Positions 1-11,450 of a DNA stretch of 38,950 nucleotides are shown here, one piece after another. A model generated the notes under the pieces. The model worked only from the letters and a program-made list of their open reading frames with translations, ran no database searches and was not told the origin of the DNA. This DNA is from Octopus bimaculoides (taxonomy: Eukaryota). How positions within the stretch are numbered: the first letter of the stretch is position 1; every line of letters starts with the position of its first letter. Both the position numbers and the translations under genes were made by a program. The DNA lies in the NCBI RefSeq assembly GCF_001194135.2, contig NC_068981.1:107440788-107479737 (forward strand), read 5' to 3'.

Positions 1-24
1 ATACATATACACACACACATATAT

Positions 25-84
<60 letters not shown>
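1..84. repeat. (CA)n/(TA)n compound microsatellite
   Basis: Directly visible dinucleotide runs. Confidence 0.95.
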
Positions 85-87
<3 letters not shown>

Positions 88-185
88 AATATTGCCATAA
101 CCATTCAGTGATATGTCATAAAATTTCTCAAAGGATTAGGCATTGTTAATAAAATGTTTTAAAATTTTATAATGCACAAACTTAC

Positions 186-305
186 TTTTAGAGCCTCTTT
201 GCTTTTTTCCAACATTTCAGTTAAACTAGTTGAAATTTCTTTTACAATATCTTCTGTTTTCAATGGATCAAAATGTGTTGCTTGTGGATTGTATTTGTTG
301 TAGTG
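186..305 (-). CDS. CACNA2D: Internal coding exon (exon 3 equivalent) of a voltage-gated Ca channel alpha2/delta-family subunit; 120 nt, phase 0/0: HYNKYNPQATHFDPLKTEDIVKEISTSLTEMLEKSKEALK
   Basis: Seen: minus-strand acceptor ...ataatttgcatattcttttcag| (AG at 307-306), donor AAA|GTAAGT (GT at 185-184), 40 open codons, phase matches the 17801-17882 exon. Knowledge: resembles the alpha2delta segment xYxxY...LV...IExML.K.xAL (human CACNA2D1 [39 protein letters not shown], recalled). Paralogue not assignable. Confidence 0.8.
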
Positions 306-2884
306 CTGAAAAGAATATGCAAATTATAAAAATCAATAAAATTCAGTTATCTTGTTAAAAATTGTAATTATATTAAATTTAAAAACAATTTTCAATTCAT
401 ATATAAATGATTCTTGGCTCAAAAGGTCTGATTTAAATAATAATAAAAAAAAAGATATTGGAATAAAAATTATCCTGTTATTATAGCAGTTTGGCAACTG
501 TCTTCCTTAGTTGATTGAAAATTTGAGTGAAATTAGTCAGAAACAGTTCAAAAGCTGACTGGATGGTCTGTGGTTGGCAGTTTTAATCTGTCAGATGATT
601 TTACATCACCTCCTGGACTTAGATACCTTTAGCAGATTCCACTTTTTTACAAAGCATGCAGATGAGATCTCCTTTGATCTGATGATAAACCAAGATTGTA
701 GTTTATGGGGGGTTTTTTTCACCTTTTTTTTCTTTATCAGTCATAGAGGCCCTGTAAATAAGTCATGGGTAGCTGTCTTCCTTCCAGATTAAATCATATA
801 TAAACAACTATACGAAACTTCACCCTGCACAATGAATGCAATTTCTAAATATGAAAATCATGGTATCTGAGATGATCTGCTTAGAAAGTAATCCTGTCAG
901 ATTTCATTGTCCTACAATATCATTTGCTCATCCTTAGTTTCAAAATGAGTTTTCAGTTGCAACCAATACTGTGAAGGACATGTTTGCAAAAGATCAAATG
1001 GTGGAAGATGAGAGCAATAAGGTTGACAGTTAGTTTGTCTCTATGTTCAGTCGAAGTCAACCCATAGTCTATGTGGAACAGCATTGCTGACCAGATTTGA
1101 AGCAATGCTGCAAAGATGCTAGAAAAGGTGAAGCTTGGATAGCAATTCATCAACAAAGAAATATGCTATAATGAGACAATTCCCCTATCAAGAAACAAGA
1201 TCAGGCATAAAACCTGGATACAACTGTGCTGTGATTATTTAGGTTGTAAATCATTTAAACCAGAGGCAAAATGTGCAGTAGTTACAACAAAATTTCAGTA
1301 TTACTCTGATCTTAAGAATCAGTCTAAACAGATAGCCATGCCAGCAGAGCAAGATCTACTAAGTGGCCAATGCATGCCACTGATCAACTCAAGTCATATG
1401 CCAGATCATCACTGTGAAGAGAACCAACCATTGGTCTCTGTGTGGTTCATCCATCATTCTAAACCATCGGAGTTAACATTTCTCAATGATAAATGATGAG
1501 TCTCCATCTACTGATCCCAATATTTAGTCTAGTCCATTAAACAATGGATCAGAAGTTGATGAACAATCAGACAGATAAAAAATGGAAAATTTACAACCGA
1601 GATGGTAACCCTGCCAAGGTACGAAAACTGCTTGGACATCATGGAGAAAACATTTTTGTGACTATTCATCAAGTTCAACATAGGTGATATACTACAATGA
1701 ACTAGAATGACTAATTTATCCCTGCTGATCTGTAATAGTAAGGATGATGTCAGTACATGCAGCAATTAGTACCCAATCTAGTTGTGTTATTCCATGAAGA
1801 AGCTAATGCATCCTCAGGATGGAGAACAAGTTTGTCTTCTTGACTGGAGGTGATTAACTGGGTTCCCCAAATACTCATTTCGCATACACTCAAGTTTCAT
1901 AACATCTTGGAAGTTTATGTGAGATAGGTCAAATTTCTGCATCAAGACACATGTGGATTGCACTTTTCCATATAAGTAGGAATCCTCAGTGACTGTTCAT
2001 AATATGTATGGATATGGCTGCTGCTGATATTCAGGCATCTTTCTTGTGAAAGCTCCTGTATGACAGAATGCCAAGATCTACAGCTTCAAGTTTAGCAATG
2101 GAAGATACAGCTGGATGATAATAGGATGTGCCTAAAAATTTTGAAGACCAAGTTTATGAAAGTAACCCTCAGATGGACAGCAGTGTTAATGACCAAAATA
2201 TCTAATTCAACCACTTGTGTTCCAACATACAATTCAATGAGGATACTCTCAGAGATCTCTGAATGCATCTTAATGCACTATGGTTTGAGTGGAGACAAAT
2301 GTCTTATCCTTTATGATCAGAAAATATTAATGATCTTTTTGTATGTCATTGCATGTCATAGAAATTTGATACTTCATTGAACACTGGAGCTAACTAGACA
2401 TAATTGTCATAAACAATTATGTGCAGACAGTCAAAAGTGACACTCATCCTATAAGACTATATGGGCATGTGGTATGCAGTGATGAATAATCAGTAGGCCA
2501 AGATAGACTTAAGAAGCAGTCCAAATGGATGATGACCATGCAAACAGTCTAAGAAATAATAATAACAAGATCATTGAGAGAAATTGGGGGACAGGTCAGC
2601 TTTATAATTGTGGATTCCCTTGATTAAGACATGTGGAGGAAGACACGCATAATAAAGGCCCACATTTGATGGGTAATGCAGAGGATTTGATATATGAAGA
2701 TAAAAGAAAAATGGAAGCAAGCCCACCTATAGCTGACAAATTAAGAACTTCAAAATGTAAAGAAATATGGACAGAAAAAGAAAAAAAAAAAGCTTCAGAA
2801 ACTCAAATTCTATGATACCTGTATTCATTTTCAGTTATTGTCCTTCGTTTCAACAAATGTTTTCATATTTGTTAAGCTACATAT

Positions 2885-3102
2885 CCTTTATCTTTTACTT
2901 GTTTCAGTCATTAGACTGCAGCTATGCTGGGTACTGCCCTGAAAAGTTTAGTCGAACAAATCAATGCCTGTACTTTTTTTTAAAGTCTGGTGCTTATTCT
3001 ATTGGTCTCTTTTTTCTGAACCACTAAGTTATGCAGGAGTAAAGAAATCAACACCAATTGTCAAGTGGTTGTGGCTGAAGAAGGGGCAACACAAAGACAC
3101 AG

Positions 3103-3155
<53 letters not shown>

Positions 3156-3312
3156 TACTATAGGCTTCTTTCAGTTTCTGACTATCAGATCCATTCACAA
3201 GGTTTTGGTTGGACCAAGGCTACAGTAGAAGGTGCTTGCCTGAAGTGCTACACAGTGGGACTAAACCCAGAACTATGTGGTTGGGAAGCAAACTTCTTAC
3301 CACACAGCCATA
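2885..3312 (-). mobile_element. tRNA-headed SINE (family B here) with internal (CA/TA)n tract
   Basis: The right end read on minus is a tRNA-like head (ggctgtgtggtaagaagtttgcttcccaaccacatagttctgggtttagtcccactg). Related pieces recur at 9940-10010 (-), 13103-13290 (+), 16130-16280 (-) and 38778-38905 (+). Confidence 0.8.
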
Positions 3313-3412
3313 TAGATAGATTATTTACATAATTTTAAATAGACACATACAAAAAGATTTTTGAATGCCAATGACAAACCCACTGCATGAAGATAAAATA
3401 TAAAACCAGAAA

Positions 3413-3635
3413 TATTGGTTTCAAATTTTGGCTCAAGGCCAGCAATTTTAGGGAAGTGGGTAAGTCAGTTACATCAATCCTAGTGCTTGACTAGCACACT
3501 TATTTTATTGACCCTGAAAGGATGAAAGGCAAAGTCAACCTTGGCAGAATTTGAACTCAGAAAATTTAAAATCAGGAAAAATGCTGCTAAGCATTTTTTC
3601 CTGTGCAGTAACAATTCTGCTAGCTTGCTGGCTTG
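3413..3635 (-). mobile_element. SINE-like repeat (family C here)
   Basis: Core gaccctgaaaggatgaaaggcaaagtcaaccttggcagaatttgaactcag recurs at 19275-19455 (same orientation) and as the reverse complement at 5807-6020. Confidence 0.8.
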
Positions 3636-4903
3636 TAAACAATAAATATTGAATTTAAACTAGTATTTTCTCTACATTTTCTTCTATACCATTTTTTCTT
3701 ATTGTGTTGTCTATAACTCAAGCAGTAGTTTTTCATGTGCATCCCTACATTCATCAGCTATCTGCAATATTGTATCTTGCAGAAGTTGGGACACTTGTCT
3801 TATTGTTTTTTGATGTTACTTTAATGTTACTGTTTTTTATTGTGAAAACTCTTTATAGTATTAAATGGTGATTACATAGTACATGTTTTATATGAGTTGT
3901 ATGACTATATTGAAAGTATCTTGTGTAGAATGTGAGCTACATCTAGTGGCAAGTCATAGAATTGGAATCATTGAGTCAGAAGCAATTAATGAACTATTTG
4001 GTGTCAGAAGCAATTACTGAATTGTAGGAGTCAGAATTAGTAAAAATGCTGACTCTACTAAAAGGAAATGGTAATTATAACGCATTCAAATTTCTAATTT
4101 CACAGATATTAAATTAACTACTTTCTGCACTGAAAACACTCAAATCAGATTTAAGAATTACTTTGAAGGAGGTTCTGGTAGAAGCAATTATAAAAACAAA
4201 AGTTAGTAAATTTTAGATTTGTATTTTTTATTTAACCCTTATTCTGTATAACATTTAAAAAAATTTTCTGGGAATAAACTTTTTAATATTTTACAGTATA
4301 ATTTTTCTGTTCAATTAACTCTTACAAGTTAAATTCAATTAAATTTCATATTTCAGCAATGATTTAATCATGAAAAGTAAAGGTTATGTATCTAATTGAG
4401 GTCATTTCTTTTAAAACTGTCATTTGTAAAGCTCCTTTAGTTGTTGAATCTTTTTGATTTTGATGGTCTTCACAATTTTGAATTTGTAAACAGTCATTCC
4501 TAATTTTTGATGTGAACATCTAGCCAGCTGGATTAAAAAATTCATTATATGCAACATTTCGGCATTATACTTAATATAAATACGTCTTGAAAAGCAAATT
4601 TACTGCATTATTCATCCAGAGATAATATATCATATGAACGTGTTTAAAAATATATGTTGGAGGCAGAGAAAAATCATCCTAGCAGTGGCTGGTGAGAATG
4701 CTAGATGCATTTTTGTCTCCTTTGGGCATTGTCAGTAGCATGTACTCAGTCAACCACACGCTTCCATCGTATTGTTGTTTTAAAACATAGCATATCCATA
4801 AGGAATATGACAACTGGTTACAAAAAACTGAGTAACAGTTTATGAAGTCTTTCCAGCTTCAATAAAACGATAGATATAGACACACACACACACGCGCGCA
4901 CGA

Positions 4904-5378
4904 GAAAATAATGGAAACACCTAGTATCATAGCATCATAATTTTGAAATATCTATAGAACCACCAAAAGCTTGTTTATTTTTATGCTTTTTGATTTATTA
5001 TTAGTGTTGCTTAATATTCTGTTGTGTCTGGAGAGAGTAATTCTCTTTTAGTACCTTATAATTTAACACATTCACCAGTAAAATTTCCACTTCTTTTTTA
5101 TTTTTCTAAAATTATCGTTGCGTCTTGCTGCTGTTTCTTTTCAGACATCATCAGAAAGAGGTAATTAAAATTCATTAAAATGACAGATCTATCAGACTTT
5201 CAAAGAGGTCAAATTGTTGGTGCTCATATGGCAAGTGCTAGCATAATATAAACTGCCAAAATGTTTGGTGTATCAAGAAGTACTGTCTCAAAAGTAATGA
5301 CAGCCTTTGAGAAAGAGGGAAAAAACAACCTCATCGAAACAAAACTCTGGAAGAAAATCAAAACTTTCAGATAGGAAC
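4904..5378 (+). pseudogene. Tc1-like DNA transposon, 5' part: TIR-like remnant and transposase N-terminal HTH (ATG 5180; MTDLSDFQRGQIVGAHMASASII*TAKMFGVSRSTVSKVMTAFEKEGK)
   Basis: Translation shows the Tc1 paired-like HTH motif (LS.FQRGQIVG...A..FGVSRSTVSKV), with an in-frame stop and a later frameshift. Confidence 0.8.
5021..5128 (+). repeat. ~110 bp interspersed repeat inserted in the Tc1 5' region; inverted copy at 9371-9482
   Basis: tgtgtctggagagagtaattctcttttagtaccttataatttaacacattcaccagtaaaatttcc aligns by eye to the reverse complement of 9371-9482. Confidence 0.8.
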
Positions 5379-5599
5379 TGTGATGACAAAGCAATCTTCC
5401 TTAAAGGTCATTTACATGATATACAAGTTGTGATGTTGATCAGCTGATGAGACACAGACTATGAAGATAATCTATGTATCTAGACTAGCTTGAATTAGCT
5501 GGGGAAAACAGATTTTTTTTTTTTTTTTGTGTTGAGTAAATTTAATGAAGAGAGTTCAAATGTCAAAGAAGGCAATGCCATAATGATACATCAAGTTAA

Positions 5600-6227
5600 T
5601 TAACCCTTTAGTTACTATATTTCTCTTGTAATGCACTGTCTATGCTTCAATTAAATTTTAAAATAAGGAAAAATCTAGTAAAATAACTATATTATTAACC
5701 TTTTGGTCACCATATTTCTGTTGAAATTCTCTATCTTTGTTTTAATTAATTTCAAAAACGGTGAAGAATTTTGTAAAATAACTTTGCCATTATAAAACTG
5801 GTATTTAAGGCAGCGAGCTGGTAGAATTGTTAGCATGCCAGGCAAAATGCTTAGCAGTATTTCACCCATCGCTACATTCTGAGTTCAAATTCCTCCAAGG
5901 TCAGCTCTGCCTTTCATCCTTTCGGATTGATAAATTCAGTACCAGTAAAACACTGGGGTCAATGTAATTGACTACTCTCCTCCCCTCAAATTGGCTGCCC
6001 TTGAGGCAAAATTTGGAACTTCAATTGATATGGAATTTTGATGGAAGATTTTGATTTGTTGCCACACTTTCGCCACACTTTGTTGCCAAACTTTAGCTGA
6101 AATGCACTTCATAAGGTTCAATTAATTTTAAAAACAATAAAGAATTTGTTGAAATAACTTCGCTGTTATCAAGCTGGTGTTTGGAAAAGCATTTTAGCAG
6201 AAGGTTTTAATTCAGACCATTTTAAGA
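5600..6227 (+). repeat. Degenerate triplicated ~100 bp unit (two copies start ttaacc(c/t)ttt, piggyBac-terminus-like), interrupted by a SINE
   Basis: The unit ...caattaatttt(a)aaaa..aagaattt.gtaaaataact...aagctggtgtttgg recurs at about 5600, 5696 and 6075. Confidence 0.55.
5807..6020 (+). mobile_element. SINE-like repeat family C
   Basis: Reverse-complement match to 3413-3635 and 19275-19455. Confidence 0.8.
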
Positions 6228-6564
6228 CAAAGGTTCTCAACTGGGGCCATGTGATCCCTGGAGGTCCATATAAGATTTCTGAGCATCCATGCAAGCAAAA
6301 TAGTAAATTGGGGATCCATAGTAATATTCTAAAGGTGCGTGAAGAATTTTGCTTTAGATATATTTATTGCAAAAAACAGCCTGGTTTCTTTCTCTAATGT
6401 TTTACGTAGTTCAGCCTACACAAGTGAATAAGTGGAAAACAAATTAGGAATTTTGAAAGAAATATCTATAAAACTAGTTTTTAAACACTGAATAGCTGTG
6501 GGGGTCCATGAGAGAAAATAGTAATCAAAAGAGTCCATAGATAAAACATAGTTGAGAAAAACTG
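6228..6564. mobile_element. hAT (Charlie-like) non-autonomous element / MITE, 337 bp
   Basis: Termini caaaggttctcaac / gttgagaaaaactg resemble CAGTGGTTCTCAAC-type hAT TIRs; the 8-bp flanks ttttaaga / gtttaaaa resemble a decayed TSD. Confidence 0.65.
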
Positions 6565-6699
6565 GTTTAAAACATGAAGCATGCAGTCTAAAATCAAAGA
6601 CAATTTCTGGCTGTTTGGTATGGAAAGACATGCCAAGCTAAGTAAAAGTATGTTTGACCTTGCATGCAGGGTTGTCCCCTGTATATCTCTCCAGATGAG

Positions 6700-6890
6700 C
6701 ATCCCTAATCTTGTGAGCTTGTAGGTACTGGTGCCATGTAAAAAAACACCCATACTGGTGCCACATAAATGTACCTGTGCTGGTGCTGCATAAAAAACAC
6801 CCAGGCATCCGGCTGTGGAAACCATGCCAAAACAGACAAGGAGCCTTGTCAAACCATTCAGCTCATGCCAGCATAGAAAACGGACATTAA

Positions 6891-6927
<37 letters not shown>
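6700..6927 (+). mobile_element. SINE family A (RTE-type 3' tail, (GAT)n end)
   Basis: Tail catgccagcatagaaaacggacattaaat(gat)n is shared with many copies in the window. Confidence 0.8.
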
Positions 6928-6928
<1 letters not shown>

Positions 6929-7469
6929 TATATTTATAAATATATACACACACACACATACACATGTATATATATTAAGTGTATAATTAATTTATGGAAT
7001 GAAGTTCTATAAATCCAATCATATTTGTCAAAAATGGAGGAGGTAAGATGTAAAAAAGTTGTAAGAAGTTTGTTATAATATCCTAACTTATATATATATA
7101 TATATATATGTATTAATTCCAAGAAAATTAGAGGTTGTGAATCCAACCAACTGAGGGATAATATCTATCCAATATACTGCTGGTATAATACCCAATTATT
7201 AATACACAAGTGTTTTTTCATTGCATGGTAATCACATTACCAAGTGTAATAAATGGGTGAGAGTAAAGAGTTATTTTACCATTAATTTATAGAGCAATAA
7301 GAAAATGGAGGGGATCAATAGGTGGTATTCATCAACTTTTAGGCATTATATTATGTTAATTTATTTATTTATTTACTAAAAGGACAATTGTAACAATATA
7401 CATATATAATGACAAAGGTGGCTAGATGCAATAAAGCCAAAAAGGAAAAGTTCAATTATCACTAATATC

Positions 7470-7544
7470 TGTACATATATATGTGTAAATATATGCATTT
7501 ATACATATCCATAAATATGTCTACATATACACACCCATACATAC

Positions 7545-7596
<52 letters not shown>

Positions 7597-7690
7597 TTGC
7601 ATGCAAATAGGTATCCTTACACACACATGCATATATATACATACACACACACACACATACATACATACATATTCACACATACATATATTG
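7470..7690. repeat. Compound (TA)n/(CA)n/(TACA)n microsatellite
   Basis: Directly visible; source of the YIYI/HTHT ORFs. Confidence 0.95.
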
Positions 7691-7786
7691 TTCAAAACAG
7701 TTTCATTTGGATTCCGTTTCGAACAATGCATGTAACTCCCAATAAATGTGTCGAGTGCCCTTTCTTTTATTTGTCTACTCACTCAT

Positions 7787-7965
7787 CATGTAAAAAGCAC
7801 CTACTACACTCTCAGAGTGGTTGGCATTAGGAAGAGCATCCAGCTGTAGAAACATTTCCAGATCAGATTGAAGCCTTGGTGCAGCTGTTGGCTCTCTGGA
7901 CTTCAGTCAGACCATCCAACCCATGCCAGCATAGAAAACGGGAGTTAAACGATGATGATGATGAT
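7787..7965 (+). mobile_element. SINE family A
   Basis: gagtggttggcattaggaagagcatccagctgtagaaac...ccatgccagcatagaaaacgggagttaaac(gat)n. Confidence 0.85.
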
Positions 7966-8251
7966 CACAAAAGTACAGCTCCCAAAATTACTGCAGAGCT
8001 TAATGACCACTTTGAGAACCCAGTTTCCACAAAAACTGTTCACTGGGAGCTGCACAAATCCAGATTTCATGAGGAAGCAAGTGGGAGATGTTATGCAATC
8101 CGAAAACCACTACCTTCAAAAAATAAAAAAAGGGTTGCAAAGCATTTAGACAGGAGTAAAAACCTACAGAATTAGTCCCTAAAGCAGTGGAAGAATGTTA
8201 TTTTCTCAGACAAGTCAGTCATCCTTTCCCTTATTTCCGAGCACTCGCTGA
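7963..8251 (+). pseudogene. Tc1-like transposase, continuation (DHKSTAPKITAELNDHFENPVSTKTVHWELHK...AIRKPL...*SLKQWKNVIFSDKS), cut off by an N-gap
   Basis: Second HTH, the RKP linker and the W..V.(F/W)SDES-like first catalytic Asp motif of Tc1/DD34E transposases. Confidence 0.85.
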
Positions 8252-8987
8252 NNNNNNNNNNNNNNNNNNNNNNNNNNNNNNNNNNNNNNNNNNNNNNNNN
8301 NNNNNNNNNNNNNNNNNNNNNNNNNNNNNNNNNNNNNNNNNNNNNNNNNNNNNNNNNNNNNNNNNNNNNNNNNNNNNNNNNNNNNNNNNNNNNNNNNNNN
8401 NNNNNNNNNNNNNNNNNNNNNNNNNNNNNNNNNNNNNNNNNNNNNNNNNNNNNNNNNNNNNNNNNNNNNNNNNNNNNNNNNNNNNNNNNNNNNNNNNNNN
8501 NNNNNNNNNNNNNNNNNNNNNNNNNNNNNNNNNNNNNNNNNNNNNNNNNNNNNNNNNNNNNNNNNNNNNNNNNNNNNNNNNNNNNNNNNNNNNNNNNNNN
8601 NNNNNNNNNNNNNNNNNNNNNNNNNNNNNNNNNNNNNNNNNNNNNNNNNNNNNNNNNNNNNNNNNNNNNNNNNNNNNNNNNNNNNNNNNNNNNNNNNNNN
8701 NNNNNNNNNNNNNNNNNNNNNNNNNNNNNNNNNNNNNNNNNNNNNNNNNNNNNNNNNNNNNNNNNNNNNNNNNNNNNNNNNNNNNNNNNNNNNNNNNNNN
8801 NNNNNNNNNNNNNNNNNNNNNNNNNNNNNNNNNNNNNNNNNNNNNNNNNNNNNNNNNNNNNNNNNNNNNNNNNNNNNNNNNNNNNNNNNNNNNNNNNNNN
8901 NNNNNNNNNNNNNNNNNNNNNNNNNNNNNNNNNNNNNNNNNNNNNNNNNNNNNNNNNNNNNNNNNNNNNNNNNNNNNNNNNNNNNNN
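8252..8987. other. Assembly gap (N run); others at 9651-9872, 23845-23875, 35713-35722, 37590-37709
   Basis: Runs of n. Confidence 1.
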
Positions 8988-9164
8988 GAAATTGTTGACA
9001 CCAAAAACATGTAGAATAGCAGCTTAGAATTAGAATGAAATCCTAACATTGCCCCCAAAATGACTTAGACTTATGGTTGTAAAGAACTGGATGATGAATG
9101 AGGCTGTAGAGGTATCTATATTGCAGAAAGTAAGGTACGTGGAAAGAAAGCTGCTTCATTGGGA

Positions 9165-9320
9165 ACACACAAACACATGAGTATGCAGAATACATACATA
9201 CAATCGTACACACATACATACATATATACATATGCACACACACATACATGCATGCATATGCATACATATATGTATGTGTATGCATACACACACTGACCCA
9301 CACACATGCACACAAACAAA
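9165..9320. repeat. Degenerate (CA/TA) microsatellite
   Basis: Directly visible. Confidence 0.9.
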
Positions 9321-10029
9321 CAAAAAGAATGCAGCTTGAATAACAGAATCAACAACTACTGAAAAGGTTGCAAGATGCAACAAAAAATTTAGAAAAATAA
9401 ATAAATGAATGGAAATTTTACCGGTGAGTGTGTTAAATTATAAGGCACTAAAAGAGAATAACTGTCCTCAGACACAACAAAATATGCTTCGACACACAAA
9501 CTCACATAAAGAATCTTGCAAACCAAATCCCCAAACGAAATTATAATTTTAAATTTTTGTAATACAAATATGTCAATGAAAATAAAGTTTAGTTGGTAGC
9601 GAAAATAGTACTGAATCTTTTGATATCCCATATGTCAAAATCGGCAACTCNNNNNNNNNNNNNNNNNNNNNNNNNNNNNNNNNNNNNNNNNNNNNNNNNN
9701 NNNNNNNNNNNNNNNNNNNNNNNNNNNNNNNNNNNNNNNNNNNNNNNNNNNNNNNNNNNNNNNNNNNNNNNNNNNNNNNNNNNNNNNNNNNNNNNNNNNN
9801 NNNNNNNNNNNNNNNNNNNNNNNNNNNNNNNNNNNNNNNNNNNNNNNNNNNNNNNNNNNNNNNNNNNNNNNNATATAGCCAAAAGTCACGCACCAAAACA
9901 TTTGACATCTTATCTGTGTTATGTTATTATTCATATTGTTCATGTATACTCTTTTACTCTTTTACTTGTTTCAGTCATTTGACTGTGGCCATGCTGGAGC
10001 ACCGCCTTTGGATGTATGTATGTATTCAT

Positions 10030-10135
10030 CATTATTTTATTTATTTTATTCAATTTTAGAAAAATTGAAGCATATCTTTGTCAATTCCAGAGCTTATTGA
10101 ACTTATTTTGTGCATGACTTTTGGCCCACCCTGTA
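10030..10135. mobile_element. Tc1/mariner-type terminus (solo TIR-like end)
   Basis: Ends gacttttggcccaccctg|ta, i.e. TA|CAGGGTGGGCCAAAAGTC on minus, a typical Tc1/mariner TIR start; partner end not found. Confidence 0.45.
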
Positions 10136-10929
10136 TACAGATTGTGTCTGCATATATATCATACCATATATATATATGCATGCATGGATAGATACACACA
10201 CAAAGGATGATAAGAATTCAGTCAGTATTCTATTACTTCCTTATCAACATCCAATTAAAGCTGCAGTTGTTTTTGTTGATGGTGTGTAGCCGCCAGATCA
10301 GCCCTTATTTAACAGTCCTATAGTACACAGGCATTTGGCCAAATGAGGAGGTGCAGCCCATAGATCATAACTGCTTAGCCGAGGACCAAACTCTACATTC
10401 TGACATGCTGTAATAACTCTTTATGAGAGTAGTCTAAAATACACTGTATTTTCTCCAGTGTCCAATTTATTTCTATTCATCCAGAGATTCTGCTTGTATC
10501 AGAGTAGGTAATGTGAACTCAGAGTATGATAATTGTTGCTGCTTTGCATTTGGTAGTGGTGTGCATTCCAGTAGTGTTGGGACATGGAGACTACTGATGT
10601 TGCAGTTATTTCAGTGAGTATGAGCTAAGTGGGAGAGATGTTGTAGTTATACCATGTGTGTATATATGCTTAAAGGTAGCTTTTTGCTTTCATATAGTGA
10701 CTGAAATTGTAGTACATTGAAGCTTGCTGCCTGAAGCAGAGAGCATTATAATCTTATTTCTGACAATGAGATTGGTTTTCAATATTAGACTCTTCTTTAA
10801 TAGTCTTTTCTTTCTAATTTTCGACATTTGTTACAAATTTAAATGTCTCCAGGGTCAACTTTGCCTTTTGTCTTTAGAAAGTTGATAAAATAGTTATTAG
10901 TCAAGTTTTATTCATTCATTTTTGTTGGG

Positions 10930-11450
10930 TGAACAAGTTTGGAGGAAGAGCTGTGATTTTAGCTTTGCAAGCTGATATTGAACTAGTTAACATTATTCTT
11001 GAATAGTTTCAAGTTGGCAGCCAAGGGGAAAAAAACAAAAACATGCTACACAGCTAACATTTTGGGAAGAAAGAACTAAGAAAAGAGGTTGGTGAAATAC
11101 CTTTCACAAAACAAACACTCATAGACTTTGCTGATGTCAAGTGCAACAATACTGTTTCCATCAAATTTCTCAAGGATAATGTAATCATTAAAAAAAAAGA
11201 TATCCAAAGTGTTGGGGAGCATGCGTGTTAATGAGCATCTTCACTATAATTGGCAGGATCAGAGGGGTTGCTTTTCTTATTAATAAGACATACTGTAGCA
11301 TTTCTAAAGATCAAGATAAATCCAAGAGAAAGGTTAAAAAGTTTGTTGAAGTGTAGCTTTGGAGTGCCTTGTTTGACAGTAATGGAAGGGTCAGGGCATG
11401 TGGCCTTGATCATTTGAAGCAACAGAAGATGTGTTTGCACTTGGCATGTA
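10930..11450 (-). pseudogene. Decayed Jockey/CR1-group LINE reverse-transcriptase fragment
   Basis: Minus-strand translation contains KATCPD..KQGTPKL..KLFNLSL..NATVCLINKKSNPSDPANY and VALDISKVYE (cf. KA.GPD, LFNLSL, DP.NYRPI, ALDISKAFD). Confidence 0.65.

Noticed and set aside
3240-3312. tRNA-like sequences (also ~13103-13170 and ~29420-29485)
   Set aside because: These are decayed SINE heads continuous with SINE bodies, not tRNA genes.
3712-3790. Hammerhead-ribozyme-like core on minus: CTGATGA-atgt[agggatgc]acat-GAAA with an upstream tctgcaa/ttgcaga hairpin
   Set aside because: The type III reading lacks stem III and the obligatory U16.1; the type I reading lacks stem I. Best explained as chance. 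The overlapping 34-codon frame (QVSQLLQDT…) also lacks credible splice sites.
6815-7012. Poly-Asp ORFs (DDDDD), also the start of 7876-8175
   Set aside because: These are (GAT)n SINE tails; only the Tc1 part of 7876-8175 is real TE coding remnant.
7462-7830. ORFs rich in YIYI/HTHT/VCVC (also 2964-3332, 9043-9383, 18387-18685, 35513-35902, 37415-37829)
   Set aside because: Translations of dinucleotide microsatellites.
8187-9982. Long ORFs (275, 129 aa etc.) containing X runs
   Set aside because: They are open only because they cross N-gaps.
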